From IMG/VR virus record IMGVR_UViG_3300026121_000008, positions 1 through 64,000 of that record: DNA of 64,000 nucleotides. The stretch is one strand, 5' to 3'. Shown piece after piece: positions 35,503-45,826 of this stretch. Position 1 is the stretch's first letter. Every line of letters starts with the position of its first letter. The translations under genes were made by a program, and so were the position numbers. Source of the DNA: a virus (Duplodnaviria > Caudoviricetes). Under the pieces are notes generated by a model. That model saw only the letters and a list, made by a program, of their open reading frames with translations. It ran no database searches and was not told the origin of the DNA.

Positions 35503-36468
35503 ATGATGGCGGTGTGGAAGCTCGACGGCCCAACGGACGTGCAGAACCTGACCAATGAGTCGGTGTTCCTGAATTTTGGGGAATGGTATCCCTATGTTGG
35601 GCTGCTCGCGTCGGGGGGAGGACTGAGTTCGTTGGGCGTAGTGACCTTGGATGGGGTCTACCAACATCGTGCCACGTTCATCCACAACCTCACCAGCCAC
35701 TGGCCTGACCGGAAGAAGATGGTGAGCGTTGAAAGTCGCGGCGGGAAGTGGTTGGAACTATGGTGGGAGCCCATTGCCTTCATGACGCAGGCGACGAGCC
35801 CTGACGAAGTGGATTTTAGCATTCCGTCCCACACGAACTATGTGCGCCTGACGGATCGTCGGGTGTATACCTCGTTTCAACGGATTCACGGCATTAAAGA
35901 CGGCGTGGACACGATAGAAGGACCGCTTTTACCGGGATTCAGTGGCGCGTCCCCGTTTACGCATCCCGGTCGGAATCTGACGGAGGTGTTCATTTCGTGT
36001 GGGGGGGTCGATCCGCACGGCGTGTTTTACGACACCGAGCGACAGGTATTGTCCTCCAAGTACATCTATATCGACCAGACGCCAGCAGGGTTGATTTGTC
36101 AGGGGTTGATGTACGCGCCTGAATATGGCGTGCTGGTCTCGACCTATGCCAGTATCAATCGTGGCCTTCCTGATGTGAAGTTCCAGATCATCGTCTGGAG
36201 TCTGGAAGTCCGTCCCACGCAGTTGACTAACCCAGAGGTTTTTGAAGGCACTCTCCGCTCCGGTCAGTTTGTCACCTACCGCGTGCGATTGATGGGCGAT
36301 CAAGACGATCCTGCCCCAAATAACGTGGTGGTGTGGTTCCTAGAAGGTGCGGGAGAGTTGATGGACGTCCAGTCGGAGACCGATGAGGACGGGTACGCCA
36401 TCACGCGGGTCCGTTATGGGTTGCAGGAAACGGGCACGACGGTGCTCACAGCGAAGGTTTTATGCTGA
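35503..36468 (+). CDS. Tail protein A, copy 1 (Ig-like C-terminus)
   Basis: Paralog of 37483-38481. Confidence 0.65.
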   Translation: MMAVWKLDGPTDVQNLTNESVFLNFGEWYPYVGLLASGGGLSSLGVVTLDGVYQHRATFIHNLTSHWPDRKKMVSVESRGGKWLELWWEPIAFMTQATSPDEVDFSIPSHTNYVRLTDRRVYTSFQRIHGIKDGVDTIEGPLLPGFSGASPFTHPGRNLTEVFISCGGVDPHGVFYDTERQVLSSKYIYIDQTPAGLICQGLMYAPEYGVLVSTYASINRGLPDVKFQIIVWSLEVRPTQLTNPEVFEGTLRSGQFVTYRVRLMGDQDDPAPNNVVVWFLEGAGELMDVQSETDEDGYAITRVRYGLQETGTTVLTAKVLC

Positions 36469-37481
36469 GAGAAAACTGGCGTTCAACGATTCTCCCCTAC
36501 GAGACGGAAGACCAGTATAGGGCACGGGGTGGGACATGGGGGTTTGGATTTCGGTACTACCCCGAAAAAGTCAAACCCCCCTACGCCGAAGGGGCCATGA
36601 CCCAACTCTTAGGCGTGATCGCGAATGTGAATGCCTCGGAACAGATGCCCGGAGGCACGTCGGCGGTCTATGTGTTTGGGGTACCCACCGCGAGTTATTG
36701 GCCGGGGTGGTCGAATGCGTATTGGATGTGGGATGGGCAGACCGGAATCTTCATTCGACGCACGTCTGCCGTTGGAGGTTTTACCATTGGATTTGAGTGG
36801 CATAACGGGGTGATTGTCTCGCGGAATGGTTCGGTCTGGGGCCTTCATTACTACTCGAATGTGTTGAGTAAATTGCAAATTACGACTACTGGCGTGAAGA
36901 TCCTTGAGCAGGTTTCAGCGGATCGATTCGCTCCGACCATTTCGTTTTTCGGCGTGGTCGCCATTGATGACGCGAAAGACGTGTTTCTGAACGTCCAAGG
37001 GCAGACGTTACATGTGTTTGAGTTGAAATCGGGGAAGTTCAAGTACTCCATTCGTATGCCGGAATCTGTCGTGCAGATTTGCCTAGAAGATGACTCACGG
37101 TGTTACATCCTGATGGGCAACCGGGTGTTGGTGTTGTTTGACTACATGCGAGGCGAAGTGCTGGGGGCCGCTAAAGTACCTCAACTCAAAGGGGGGACGA
37201 ATTACGGCCCAGACCAACTCTGGAACAATGTGAACATCAGGATGGGGTATGACCGGATCTTCCGTCGAATTTTGTTCGCGGAAAACACGCCTGACAATCC
37301 TAATGGGTCGTCCACTATCGTGGTGCGTGGATTCTCAATGGTTAACGAACCCTACCGCCTGACTCGTCCTATTCCGTTGAAAGTCGCCCGAGTGGGACGC
37401 ACCATCCCGGTCCTCGTGCAAGTCGTGGACGACATGAATCAAGGTGTGGGCGGCTATATCGTGTCGGCGGAAGTGAAATGA
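36462..37481 (+). CDS. Tail protein B, copy 1 (short; possible beta-propeller)
   Basis: Paralog of the N-terminal ~350 aa of 38475-41003; stops where copy 2 continues. Confidence 0.65.
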   Translation: MLRENWRSTILPYETEDQYRARGGTWGFGFRYYPEKVKPPYAEGAMTQLLGVIANVNASEQMPGGTSAVYVFGVPTASYWPGWSNAYWMWDGQTGIFIRRTSAVGGFTIGFEWHNGVIVSRNGSVWGLHYYSNVLSKLQITTTGVKILEQVSADRFAPTISFFGVVAIDDAKDVFLNVQGQTLHVFELKSGKFKYSIRMPESVVQICLEDDSRCYILMGNRVLVLFDYMRGEVLGAAKVPQLKGGTNYGPDQLWNNVNIRMGYDRIFRRILFAENTPDNPNGSSTIVVRGFSMVNEPYRLTRPIPLKVARVGRTIPVLVQVVDDMNQGVGGYIVSAEVK

Positions 37482-37482
37482 C

Positions 37483-38481
37483 ATGGCAGTGCGTCTCTTG
37501 GCCAAGTTCGACCTCCGGATTCCAGAGACGACCGCCATGGTGAACATGAACGTCCTGATGTGGCACCCGGCAGAGGGGTTGATTGCTGCCGGGAACGTGC
37601 AGGGAGAACCGGGGTCAGATGGCGTGGGGATCGTGACCCTCGACGGAGTGTTTCGAGATCGGGCCGATGAGTCGGTGTTCCAGTTGAATCAGGTGGGCTG
37701 GTGGCCCGCGAAGAAGCGCATGGTGGAGGTCTGGAACATGGCCAGCATTGGTCAGCCCATCAAGCCGGTGGAGATGGTGTTCGATCCCTACATATTCGGG
37801 CGGCAGAACGCGAATCCACCGGGGGTGCTGGCTGAGGGCCTGTATTTTCGCCGCTACGTGAGGTTCCCTGACCGGGCGGTGTACTACTCCGGGGGGCCGG
37901 GGGGTGATAAGTTCCTGCACGGGGTAGTCGGAGGGATCGATACGCGGGAAGGGACGGAGCTTCCGTTCTACTACGGAGATGTACATCCCGGACGCTCGAA
38001 CACGGAAACCTTTGTGGGGGAGGTGACCCGGTTTGTCGGAGACGATACCCGAGGCGTGTTCTATGACGCCGTGACGCACACGCTTTCTGACCTGTTGCAT
38101 ACCGGGGTGAAGTCCCGAGGGATCTACTACGCGACGGATTTCAGGGTGTTGGTGACGTGGCAATCTCCGGAGGAGACGCCGGGGTTGACCCAACACCAGT
38201 TGTGGGTCTGGAGTCTCGAAGTCAATCCCACCATCATGACGCCCGTGGAGGTGTTCGAGGGGGAGCCGAGGTCAGGGCAGATCGTCACGTATCGCGTGCA
38301 AGTGACCGGTGATCAGGAAGACCCTGCCCCGAATGAACTGGTGAACTGGGAGGTGACGGGCGTCGGGACACTCCTCACGCCGCAAAGCAAGACAGATGTC
38401 GAAGGCTTTGCCGTGGCCAAGGTGCAGTATGGCGTACAGGAGATCGGGACATCGGTGGTGGAGGCCAGCCTCCTGTGCTGA
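37483..38481 (+). CDS. Tail protein A, copy 2
   Basis: Paralog of 35503-36468. Confidence 0.65.
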   Translation: MAVRLLAKFDLRIPETTAMVNMNVLMWHPAEGLIAAGNVQGEPGSDGVGIVTLDGVFRDRADESVFQLNQVGWWPAKKRMVEVWNMASIGQPIKPVEMVFDPYIFGRQNANPPGVLAEGLYFRRYVRFPDRAVYYSGGPGGDKFLHGVVGGIDTREGTELPFYYGDVHPGRSNTETFVGEVTRFVGDDTRGVFYDAVTHTLSDLLHTGVKSRGIYYATDFRVLVTWQSPEETPGLTQHQLWVWSLEVNPTIMTPVEVFEGEPRSGQIVTYRVQVTGDQEDPAPNELVNWEVTGVGTLLTPQSKTDVEGFAVAKVQYGVQEIGTSVVEASLLC

Positions 38482-41003
38482 GAGAGATATGGAGAACCGT
38501 ACCTCTGTCGTACTACAAGGAGGGACAGCGGAAGACCGGGCTGGATATCGTGTATCACCCGGAGATTACATCGCCCTATATCGAGACGTTCAATACTCCG
38601 TTGGGGCTGATGGCGACGACGATTCCGGCTCCGAATGGCTACAGCGTCTACCTCGTTTCGACCATGGACGCCAAGTATCATCCGGGCTTCGACGTGGACT
38701 GCTGGCGGATCGACAGCCAGACCGGCGTGGAGATGGCGAAGTATGCCATCAAGTTCGTGGGCGAGGCATTGTCGATCTACTACATGACGACAGCCCGTTC
38801 CGGTACACAATGGTATGCCCCCGGTGGGGGAGGGACGCTGTATAAGTTCCACTGGGCCACGAAGGTGCAAGCCCTGAAGGAGGCGGACGACAAGCCCATC
38901 ATCGAGGTGGACCATCTGTATGCGGTCGATGGGGAGATGGGGCAGGCGCACTTCGAGAACGCGCCCACGATTGGGGGACCGTTCGCCATGGACGACCAGT
39001 CTGCCGGAGGAGGGACGTATCTCCAGCCGGTGGGGCGAGGGGGCGGAGTCGCCGCACTGGGCGTCTGGACTCTGACGACGGGCAAGTGGCGGTATGACAT
39101 CGTGGTGCCCCATCAGGTGATGGACATCGCGTTGGAAGACCCCAGTCGAGCCTATCTTCTGCTGGCGAACCGCACGGTGGCGTTGCTCGACTACACGCGA
39201 GGCGAGATTTTAGGGGCCGCGAAGATTCCCCCGTTGAAGGAAGGGCAAGTCTACGGAGATGGCGGGTTGCACTTGACTGCAGGAGCCCGGATTGCCTACG
39301 ACCGGATGTACAAGCGGCTGATGCTCATTGAGCCGTGGCCCGACAATCCGAACGGCAGTTGTGCGACGGTGGTCCGGGGCTTCAGTCTGGTCAATGAGCC
39401 GAACCGGTTGACGACGCCGTTTCCGTTGAAGGTACCGAGGATGGGACGCACCGTCCCGGTGCTCGTGCAAGTGGTCGATGACCTGAACCAAGGGGTCGGA
39501 AATTTCATCGTGGAGGCGACTGTGAGTGGGGTGGGATCACTCGTAGGCACACCAATCACCGACTACCGGGGGGATGCGCTGATCTATGTGGCGTGCATCG
39601 GCTCTCCGTTGTTCCAATCGCCTCCGGACACCTCGCCCCCTCCGTCCACCGGCCCCGGAGTCGGAGGCGACTTGGGCATTCCGGTCATCGGGAAGCCCAT
39701 GTGGGTGGGATTTTTTGAATTTCCACCTCACACGGAAATAGGCGACCTCGCCTACCTCCCTCCCGCGAACTGCCTGATGTGGGTGGACGAGATTACTCGT
39801 GTCGGCCCGATCAAGAACATTGTGACGGACGCAATCATCGCCCAGTGGATTCAGGGCACGTCGGTGGGAGAGATCAACACCAAGGTGGCGGCGACTTCCG
39901 GTCCTGCGGTGGCCTATTGGGACCACCGCGATTGGCCTTCGTGGCCCACGCTGAGAACCGGGGATTGGCTGGCTCTCCAAGCCTACTGTCGCGCCGAAGA
40001 AACAGCCGCGCAGTTTGAAGTGGCCATGCAGTCGGTCATTGCAACGGCTCCTTCCGGCAATGACATTTGTCTCGTGTGCCAGTGCTACACGTCGAATACG
40101 AACAACACGAATGACTTGGCGGGATTGGTCCCGGTCTACGCTCGACTCGCCCGAGACTTTCCGGAAGTGACGATGCTGCTGGTGTTCTCCGACCAAGGGC
40201 GAGCGACCGGCATGATGGATCACCCGGACGTGAAGCCCTACTGGGAAGAGTTGTATGAAGGGGTTGAAGGTGATCCGGGGTTGATGGCGTCTACGCTATC
40301 TTTCGACACCGGCTCATCGAGCGGTGGCATCGTGGGGACGGTGACGGTCATCGCCAAGATCCGTGTGCCGTTGGTCCCGACGATTGGCGTGCCTAGCGGA
40401 CAGTCTGCCACCACCCCTCCTGCGGGCTCAGGAGGCGGTACAGGAGGCGGAGGGACGCCACCCCCCACCACACCACCTCCTCCCGGTACGCCTCCCACAA
40501 CGCCTCCTACGGGTGGAGGGACACCTCCGACGACTCCCCCAAGTCCTCCGGGGACACCTCCCCCCGGTGGGGGCAATCCTCCGGTGCCTCCCCCCAACCC
40601 GGCTCCTCCGGGAGGTGGCACTGATCCGGGCACAGGCGCACAGGAAACAGCCCCGAATATGTATTTCAAAGTGCGGGAGGTGTACGATTCCCGTCCGTGG
40701 CGGTTGACGGAGCCCTACAAGTACGAGGCAGATGGAGCCGGGGCGTTCACGGAAGCGGTCACCGTCGCCATCCATGATGTGAACGCGAAGTTCGCACACC
40801 TGAGTCGGAATCCGGGACAAGTGCTCTACAACGGGCACTCCGTGGACTCTATCGCCTACAAAGCGGCGAGTGGCAACATCGAAGTCATTCAGGTGGTGAG
40901 TACGATCATGACCGGGAATGCGACTCCCGGCACCATCATGTGGCAGTGGATCAGTAGTTCTCTTGATACGGGCCAGTCGTTTTATCCCGTCCCTTTGAGG
41001 TAG
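38475..41003 (+). CDS. Tail protein B, copy 2, with extra domains and a Pro/Thr/Gly linker
   Basis: Shared N-terminal region with 36462; PPTTPP linker at about 40400-40630. Confidence 0.65.
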   Translation: MLREIWRTVPLSYYKEGQRKTGLDIVYHPEITSPYIETFNTPLGLMATTIPAPNGYSVYLVSTMDAKYHPGFDVDCWRIDSQTGVEMAKYAIKFVGEALSIYYMTTARSGTQWYAPGGGGTLYKFHWATKVQALKEADDKPIIEVDHLYAVDGEMGQAHFENAPTIGGPFAMDDQSAGGGTYLQPVGRGGGVAALGVWTLTTGKWRYDIVVPHQVMDIALEDPSRAYLLLANRTVALLDYTRGEILGAAKIPPLKEGQVYGDGGLHLTAGARIAYDRMYKRLMLIEPWPDNPNGSCATVVRGFSLVNEPNRLTTPFPLKVPRMGRTVPVLVQVVDDLNQGVGNFIVEATVSGVGSLVGTPITDYRGDALIYVACIGSPLFQSPPDTSPPPSTGPGVGGDLGIPVIGKPMWVGFFEFPPHTEIGDLAYLPPANCLMWVDEITRVGPIKNIVTDAIIAQWIQGTSVGEINTKVAATSGPAVAYWDHRDWPSWPTLRTGDWLALQAYCRAEETAAQFEVAMQSVIATAPSGNDICLVCQCYTSNTNNTNDLAGLVPVYARLARDFPEVTMLLVFSDQGRATGMMDHPDVKPYWEELYEGVEGDPGLMASTLSFDTGSSSGGIVGTVTVIAKIRVPLVPTIGVPSGQSATTPPAGSGGGTGGGGTPPPTTPPPPGTPPTTPPTGGGTPPTTPPSPPGTPPPGGGNPPVPPPNPAPPGGGTDPGTGAQETAPNMYFKVREVYDSRPWRLTEPYKYEADGAGAFTEAVTVAIHDVNAKFAHLSRNPGQVLYNGHSVDSIAYKAASGNIEVIQVVSTIMTGNATPGTIMWQWISSSLDTGQSFYPVPLR

Positions 41004-41005
41004 TC

Positions 41006-42439
41006 ATGCCATTTCTCAATGCCGCAGGACGCATCGCCCACGGAACCGGAGGCATGGGGGCGTTCCTCGATAACGTCGCCATTGATACGGGCGGAGGGGC
41101 GTGCTGGTACAACCCGACGACTATCATCTATCAGCATGGTGGGGGCGACGGGTATTACCTGAACTACTACAACATCAATAGTGGGGTGAAGTCCCGCGCT
41201 CATGATCTCGGCGCGAACCAGATTTTCGGGAGTGGGACCGGAGTCTGGGCGGCATGGTTGGCGGGAACCGGCGTATTCTCGTCTGTCGCGGCGTATGAAC
41301 TCCCCGCAGCGGGCCTGTTGGGGATGGGCGCGGACGGGGCTATGGCGTATCGCCCGGACTATCAAGGGTCCGGGCTTCGCATCCGGGAGTTGAGTGGCAA
41401 CGATTACTGGCTGAGCGATGGCCCTGCGATGCCCAAGGAACTGGCTATCGTGGGCCAGAATCAGGTGTTCTGGACGGAAGGCCCCAGCGTGGTGAAGACG
41501 GCGGGCTTGCCGCCTACGACCGTCTTGACGGGGCCGATCTATCAGCCCCATGCCGTGCTCCTCGATGGCTTGTGGTGGGTGGCCTACTACTCGTCTATCG
41601 GGGCCGTCCTGCACCCCATCAACTCCACGACGGGCTATCGCCCAGTGACTCCTGATCCTGCGGGGGATGCGTGGTTCGATATCACGGTCCTGAGCAGTGC
41701 GCCTCACACCATCCGGTTCGCGTGGTCCAGTACGGCAGGAGAGATTGCCGGAGACGTCCATTTTGTAGACATCAACGTCACGACGGCTCCCCGAACGAAT
41801 CTGGGCACGGGAGCGATTGTCCCGGAACACCCGATGCACCCCGGCATCGAGATTCCACCCATCAGTATTCAGGGCTACCGGACATTGACGAGTCAGGGGA
41901 CGTTTGAAGTCTACGGGGCGTCCGAAGAATTGATTACTCTGCCCCTCGAAGTGTGGCCGTCCTTCCCGGTGGAAGGGGGTTATGGACGGATCGTCCATCC
42001 GGTCCTTGGTGCGTTCGACTACGAGGTCAAGCCTGACGAGTGGGTGAACATCGATGCCGATGCCATCATTGCGCCCGTGTGGGCCTCGACACGCACGCTC
42101 ACTGGCGCGGCCAACGTGCTGTGGAACGGGAATCTCCGGGATGTGGTGGTGGAAGAGCGATGGAAAGCACTGGGCGGATTGGCGATGCCCATCACCCAGC
42201 TTCGGATGCTCATGGCTATCTGGACGATGCCGGTCGATCCGGACGTGGGGTATGTCATTTGGTACCCGAACTACATCACGCAAGAAGCCTTCAAAGTGCT
42301 CCCGGTGGGCTTGTCGTCCGGAGGGCAGGGCATCACCTTCGATGACGTGGTGAACTACAAGGACGAGAACGGAGAGCCCATCGGCTGGATGACAAATCCC
42401 GTGACGTTCACGCTCAAGCTGGTGGAGAGGCTGGTCTAA
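41006..42439 (+). CDS. Tail/baseplate protein
   Basis: Position and tight operon packing. Confidence 0.5.
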   Translation: MPFLNAAGRIAHGTGGMGAFLDNVAIDTGGGACWYNPTTIIYQHGGGDGYYLNYYNINSGVKSRAHDLGANQIFGSGTGVWAAWLAGTGVFSSVAAYELPAAGLLGMGADGAMAYRPDYQGSGLRIRELSGNDYWLSDGPAMPKELAIVGQNQVFWTEGPSVVKTAGLPPTTVLTGPIYQPHAVLLDGLWWVAYYSSIGAVLHPINSTTGYRPVTPDPAGDAWFDITVLSSAPHTIRFAWSSTAGEIAGDVHFVDINVTTAPRTNLGTGAIVPEHPMHPGIEIPPISIQGYRTLTSQGTFEVYGASEELITLPLEVWPSFPVEGGYGRIVHPVLGAFDYEVKPDEWVNIDADAIIAPVWASTRTLTGAANVLWNGNLRDVVVEERWKALGGLAMPITQLRMLMAIWTMPVDPDVGYVIWYPNYITQEAFKVLPVGLSSGGQGITFDDVVNYKDENGEPIGWMTNPVTFTLKLVERLV

Positions 42440-45231
42440 TGGACTTCCGCTGGCGACCGATCACACGGGACAGTAAACGGGAGTTGAAGGTCATTCTGCA
42501 CCCGACTGCCGCGATCTGGGAAGTGCGGCGGGGGATGGAAGCGGGGTCCGATGACTCGGTAGACCTGACGGAGTTTGTCAAGGAGGTGACCCAGACCGCC
42601 TATGACCTGAAGCTCTCGCTGGTGTTCAATCGGGAACTGTTTGGCCCGACGCAACCCAAGCCGAACCAGACCATCGAAGTCCAGTTGAAGCAGGATGATC
42701 AGTGGAAGATCCTGTGGCTGGGTCACGTCGATAGCATCTCGAACTTCGCCATGTCCCGAGGCGAACGGCAGATGGACGTGCTGGCCAAGACTCGTGACCA
42801 GCAGGATATCTGGCGGGCCACGCCTCGTGTGACTCCGTTGTTCCCGGCCCTGACTGATCTGGTCTACATGGCCCAGTTGGTGGCCCGCTCTGCGGAGATG
42901 AAGAGCGACGAGATCGTGCTCCCGCATTCGGCCATTGCGACGGCCCACAGCAATACCCAGTTGGTGGATATGACCAACTGGGAGATGGTCAGTAACATCT
43001 TCGTGGCTCTGGGCTGGACCCCCTACATCGATGCGCTGGGGCGTCTGAGAGCCGCAGATCGGAGACTGCAAGGCCGGGAACCCGATACCAAACTGGATGA
43101 TGACCGCATCATCAAGGTGGGCGGCACCCGCATGAGGCCCCCGGTAAACCGGGTCCGGGTGAAGTGGCTCAGTCCGGAACTGCAAGTCTTCGAGCAGCAG
43201 CGGCGGGTCATCAAGTCCTTCAACGTGACTTTTGGGTTCTGGTTGCCCTACTGGCATCAAACGGTGAAGTTTTCGGATGACGGGTCACTCCGTGCGTTGA
43301 AGACGGAATGCAAGCCCAACCCGGATGGGGGCGGCGTCTTCCGGTGGGTGCAATTCGGCTATGAGAAATGGGTGCATCAATCGCCCACGCAGGGCAAGTT
43401 TTCGATTTTCAACTTCGGCTTTTTTGCAATGGCAGGGCTGCTGTTTGATTGGAATCGAGCGACGGCTGAACAAGACGAAATTCCAATACTGACCGTAAAT
43501 CAAGCTTTTATTCCTCATCTGGACGTTGTTGTTGCAGGGGCATTTGCAAGCGAAGGATATACCTTACCGGGAGATACAGACACTACGACCACCCAGCCCA
43601 GTATGACAAGATCTACGCCGTTAAATGGTCGAAAACACCAAGCCCTCGTGCAGGCGGGTATTACGGCCATGCTCGTCAACGCAGGTACTGGCACCTATGA
43701 TGTCTGGGGCACGCCCTACGACTGGATTCATGCCCGGAATACGTCCGAAGCCTTTGATATTTCCGTCCCAACGTGGGTGAACAACGTCTCTGACCTCGAA
43801 TGCGATTTCATCGGGAACGAAGAGCATGCCGGAGCTATTGCCGTCCGAGAACTGATTTATCTGGCCCGCTCTGCCAACAAGTGGTCCGTAACTATCGTGG
43901 ACGATCCCCGCATTGAGATAGGGGACATTCTGGCGTTCACCGATGGCAGTCAGTTGTATGTGGAGGATTATTCCCGGACGCTGTCCCGAGGCAGTGAAGC
44001 CGTGCTGGACGTGAAGGGATTTTTGGTCCCCACCCACTCGGCTCCACGGGCAGAAACGCCTATCGGAGGCGGAGGGGGAGGCAAGCCGGGGACCGGTCCC
44101 GGTGCGGGAGGCCCCACTCTGCCGCCCATTACGACCGCCGAGATGATCGGAGACTTCGCCCTGACGGATGTCACAGGCGAGAACGTCATCCCACCGGGTG
44201 ACTCGATTCGTCAAGGATACCTCTATTGCGCCCAGCCTCCCGAAGAGCGGAAAAAGTGGGTGGCGGATTGGGTGAAGCTGGGCATCAAGCACATGTGGAT
44301 TGCCCCTACGGTGAACTACGGGGGCGGGCTGCAACGCAACAATAATGCTTTCCTCCGGGACCGGGATGGGAATCTGTACGATGCCCGTGGCCGGTCTGGA
44401 CGGTGGGCGGTGAGACACGGGATTGCTCCCCGATCCAAGCCTTACGAAACGGCAATTGATTGCCGCCAAGACCCGCCGAGGTTCATCGAGTGTGTCAACG
44501 AACTGAAAGCCGCAGGCATCACCCCTTACGTCCAGATTGCCGCATCAGACGCTTATGGGACCAAAGACAATATCGATCTGGACAAGATTGCGCGTGATCT
44601 CGACAGTTGGAAAGGCTGGGGCTGGGTGGACGCTGTTGATGGCTACGGCACGGACCTGTGGCCGGAGTCGGATGCCGACACCTACCCGTGGCAAATGGTG
44701 GATATCTGCAGAATGGCGAAGGAAACCCTGCCCAACAGCATTCTGATGGCCCATGTGGGCCGGTCAGGAGATGGGTTGTATCAAGGCTACGGGGAAAACC
44801 CCGGCTCTCCTGATTACTGGGGCCGCGAGCGGTTTTGGACGGAGATGCACGCCGCAGGCTGTACCGCCTTGGGGTGGGAAGCGAAGACCGAGATCTTTGA
44901 AGACCCCGACTGGCAGCACATTCTTGTCCGCGAATATCTCGGAGCCTACACCCGGTTGACGGAACCGTTGAGTGACGAAGAGGCGACGGAACGGGCGGCA
45001 TCAGTGGGCGTGACGCTCACGCAGGAGGATTTGAATAACCTATACCATGGAGGCCCTGCCGGAGGAGCCAGTACGGCCCTCCCCTATTGGGAAGGTCCAG
45101 AATACGGATTGCAATGGGCCAGTTGGCAGAAGGCCGATGCCGCCCGTCTCCTGATCGGGTGTGGCGCACCGGGGTCCATGTCCGGAGCCGTGTCCATCCC
45201 ATCAGAAGCTCTGAAGAGGAGGCTCGTGTAA
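42439..45231 (+). CDS. Tail tip/hub-like protein with extra C-terminal domain
   Basis: PYIDALGRL, DPRIEIGDIL hub-like motifs; Gly/Pro linker then a Trp/Asp-rich domain. Confidence 0.55.
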   Translation: MDFRWRPITRDSKRELKVILHPTAAIWEVRRGMEAGSDDSVDLTEFVKEVTQTAYDLKLSLVFNRELFGPTQPKPNQTIEVQLKQDDQWKILWLGHVDSISNFAMSRGERQMDVLAKTRDQQDIWRATPRVTPLFPALTDLVYMAQLVARSAEMKSDEIVLPHSAIATAHSNTQLVDMTNWEMVSNIFVALGWTPYIDALGRLRAADRRLQGREPDTKLDDDRIIKVGGTRMRPPVNRVRVKWLSPELQVFEQQRRVIKSFNVTFGFWLPYWHQTVKFSDDGSLRALKTECKPNPDGGGVFRWVQFGYEKWVHQSPTQGKFSIFNFGFFAMAGLLFDWNRATAEQDEIPILTVNQAFIPHLDVVVAGAFASEGYTLPGDTDTTTTQPSMTRSTPLNGRKHQALVQAGITAMLVNAGTGTYDVWGTPYDWIHARNTSEAFDISVPTWVNNVSDLECDFIGNEEHAGAIAVRELIYLARSANKWSVTIVDDPRIEIGDILAFTDGSQLYVEDYSRTLSRGSEAVLDVKGFLVPTHSAPRAETPIGGGGGGKPGTGPGAGGPTLPPITTAEMIGDFALTDVTGENVIPPGDSIRQGYLYCAQPPEERKKWVADWVKLGIKHMWIAPTVNYGGGLQRNNNAFLRDRDGNLYDARGRSGRWAVRHGIAPRSKPYETAIDCRQDPPRFIECVNELKAAGITPYVQIAASDAYGTKDNIDLDKIARDLDSWKGWGWVDAVDGYGTDLWPESDADTYPWQMVDICRMAKETLPNSILMAHVGRSGDGLYQGYGENPGSPDYWGRERFWTEMHAAGCTALGWEAKTEIFEDPDWQHILVREYLGAYTRLTEPLSDEEATERAASVGVTLTQEDLNNLYHGGPAGGASTALPYWEGPEYGLQWASWQKADAARLLIGCGAPGSMSGAVSIPSEALKRRLV

Positions 45232-45816
45232 ATGGGCATGGTCATTACTGACATGGCGTCGGCCCAAGTCAAACTTGGGGTCACGACACTCTATGGCACC
45301 ACGACCAGCAATCCGACACTGCTCCTATCTGACGGGCTGAATGTGCAGTGGGTCTGCGATGTCAATATCGGGGAGTTCGATGCGTCAGGCGAGGTGAATC
45401 AGTACATCAAGAAGAACGGGCAACCGGGGTCGTTGACCGGCCTTCCCGGCCAGCCTCCGGAAGACTGGCAGTTGGACGACTCGTTGCCGGGGCATGTAGA
45501 CACCAGCATGCACAACGTGCCCATTGCCCGCAACAACGAAGAACTCCGGTATGCCCAGATTGGAGCCCCGGTCGTCCTCACGCGCAATCTCCGGGGCCAG
45601 TGGGAGATCACAGGATTCTCCCAAGAACAGCCGGGAACGCATATCATGTACCCGGTGGATTTGGGCGATGGGTCCATCCGAACGATCATCGACCTGACGA
45701 CGACCATCCGGATGTTGACGCTGGCGGAACTCGGAGAGATTCAGCCCTTTGGGGCCATCCCGTTCGGGGCGGGGGCCTTGTTCAAGGGCCAGACGTTCAT
45801 TCGAGTGACGGTGTAG
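45232..45816 (+). CDS. Tail-region hypothetical protein
   Basis: Operon context. Confidence 0.5.
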   Translation: MGMVITDMASAQVKLGVTTLYGTTTSNPTLLLSDGLNVQWVCDVNIGEFDASGEVNQYIKKNGQPGSLTGLPGQPPEDWQLDDSLPGHVDTSMHNVPIARNNEELRYAQIGAPVVLTRNLRGQWEITGFSQEQPGTHIMYPVDLGDGSIRTIIDLTTTIRMLTLAELGEIQPFGAIPFGAGALFKGQTFIRVTV

Positions 45817-45826
45817 GAGCTTTTCC

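Noticed and set aside
40400-40630. Collagen-like or DNA tandem repeat
   Set aside because: An irregular Pro/Thr/Gly linker without Gly-X-Y periodicity.
35503-41003. Diversity-generating retroelement or invertible shufflon
   Set aside because: No reverse transcriptase or invertase in the window; the repeats are direct and differences are not adenine-specific.
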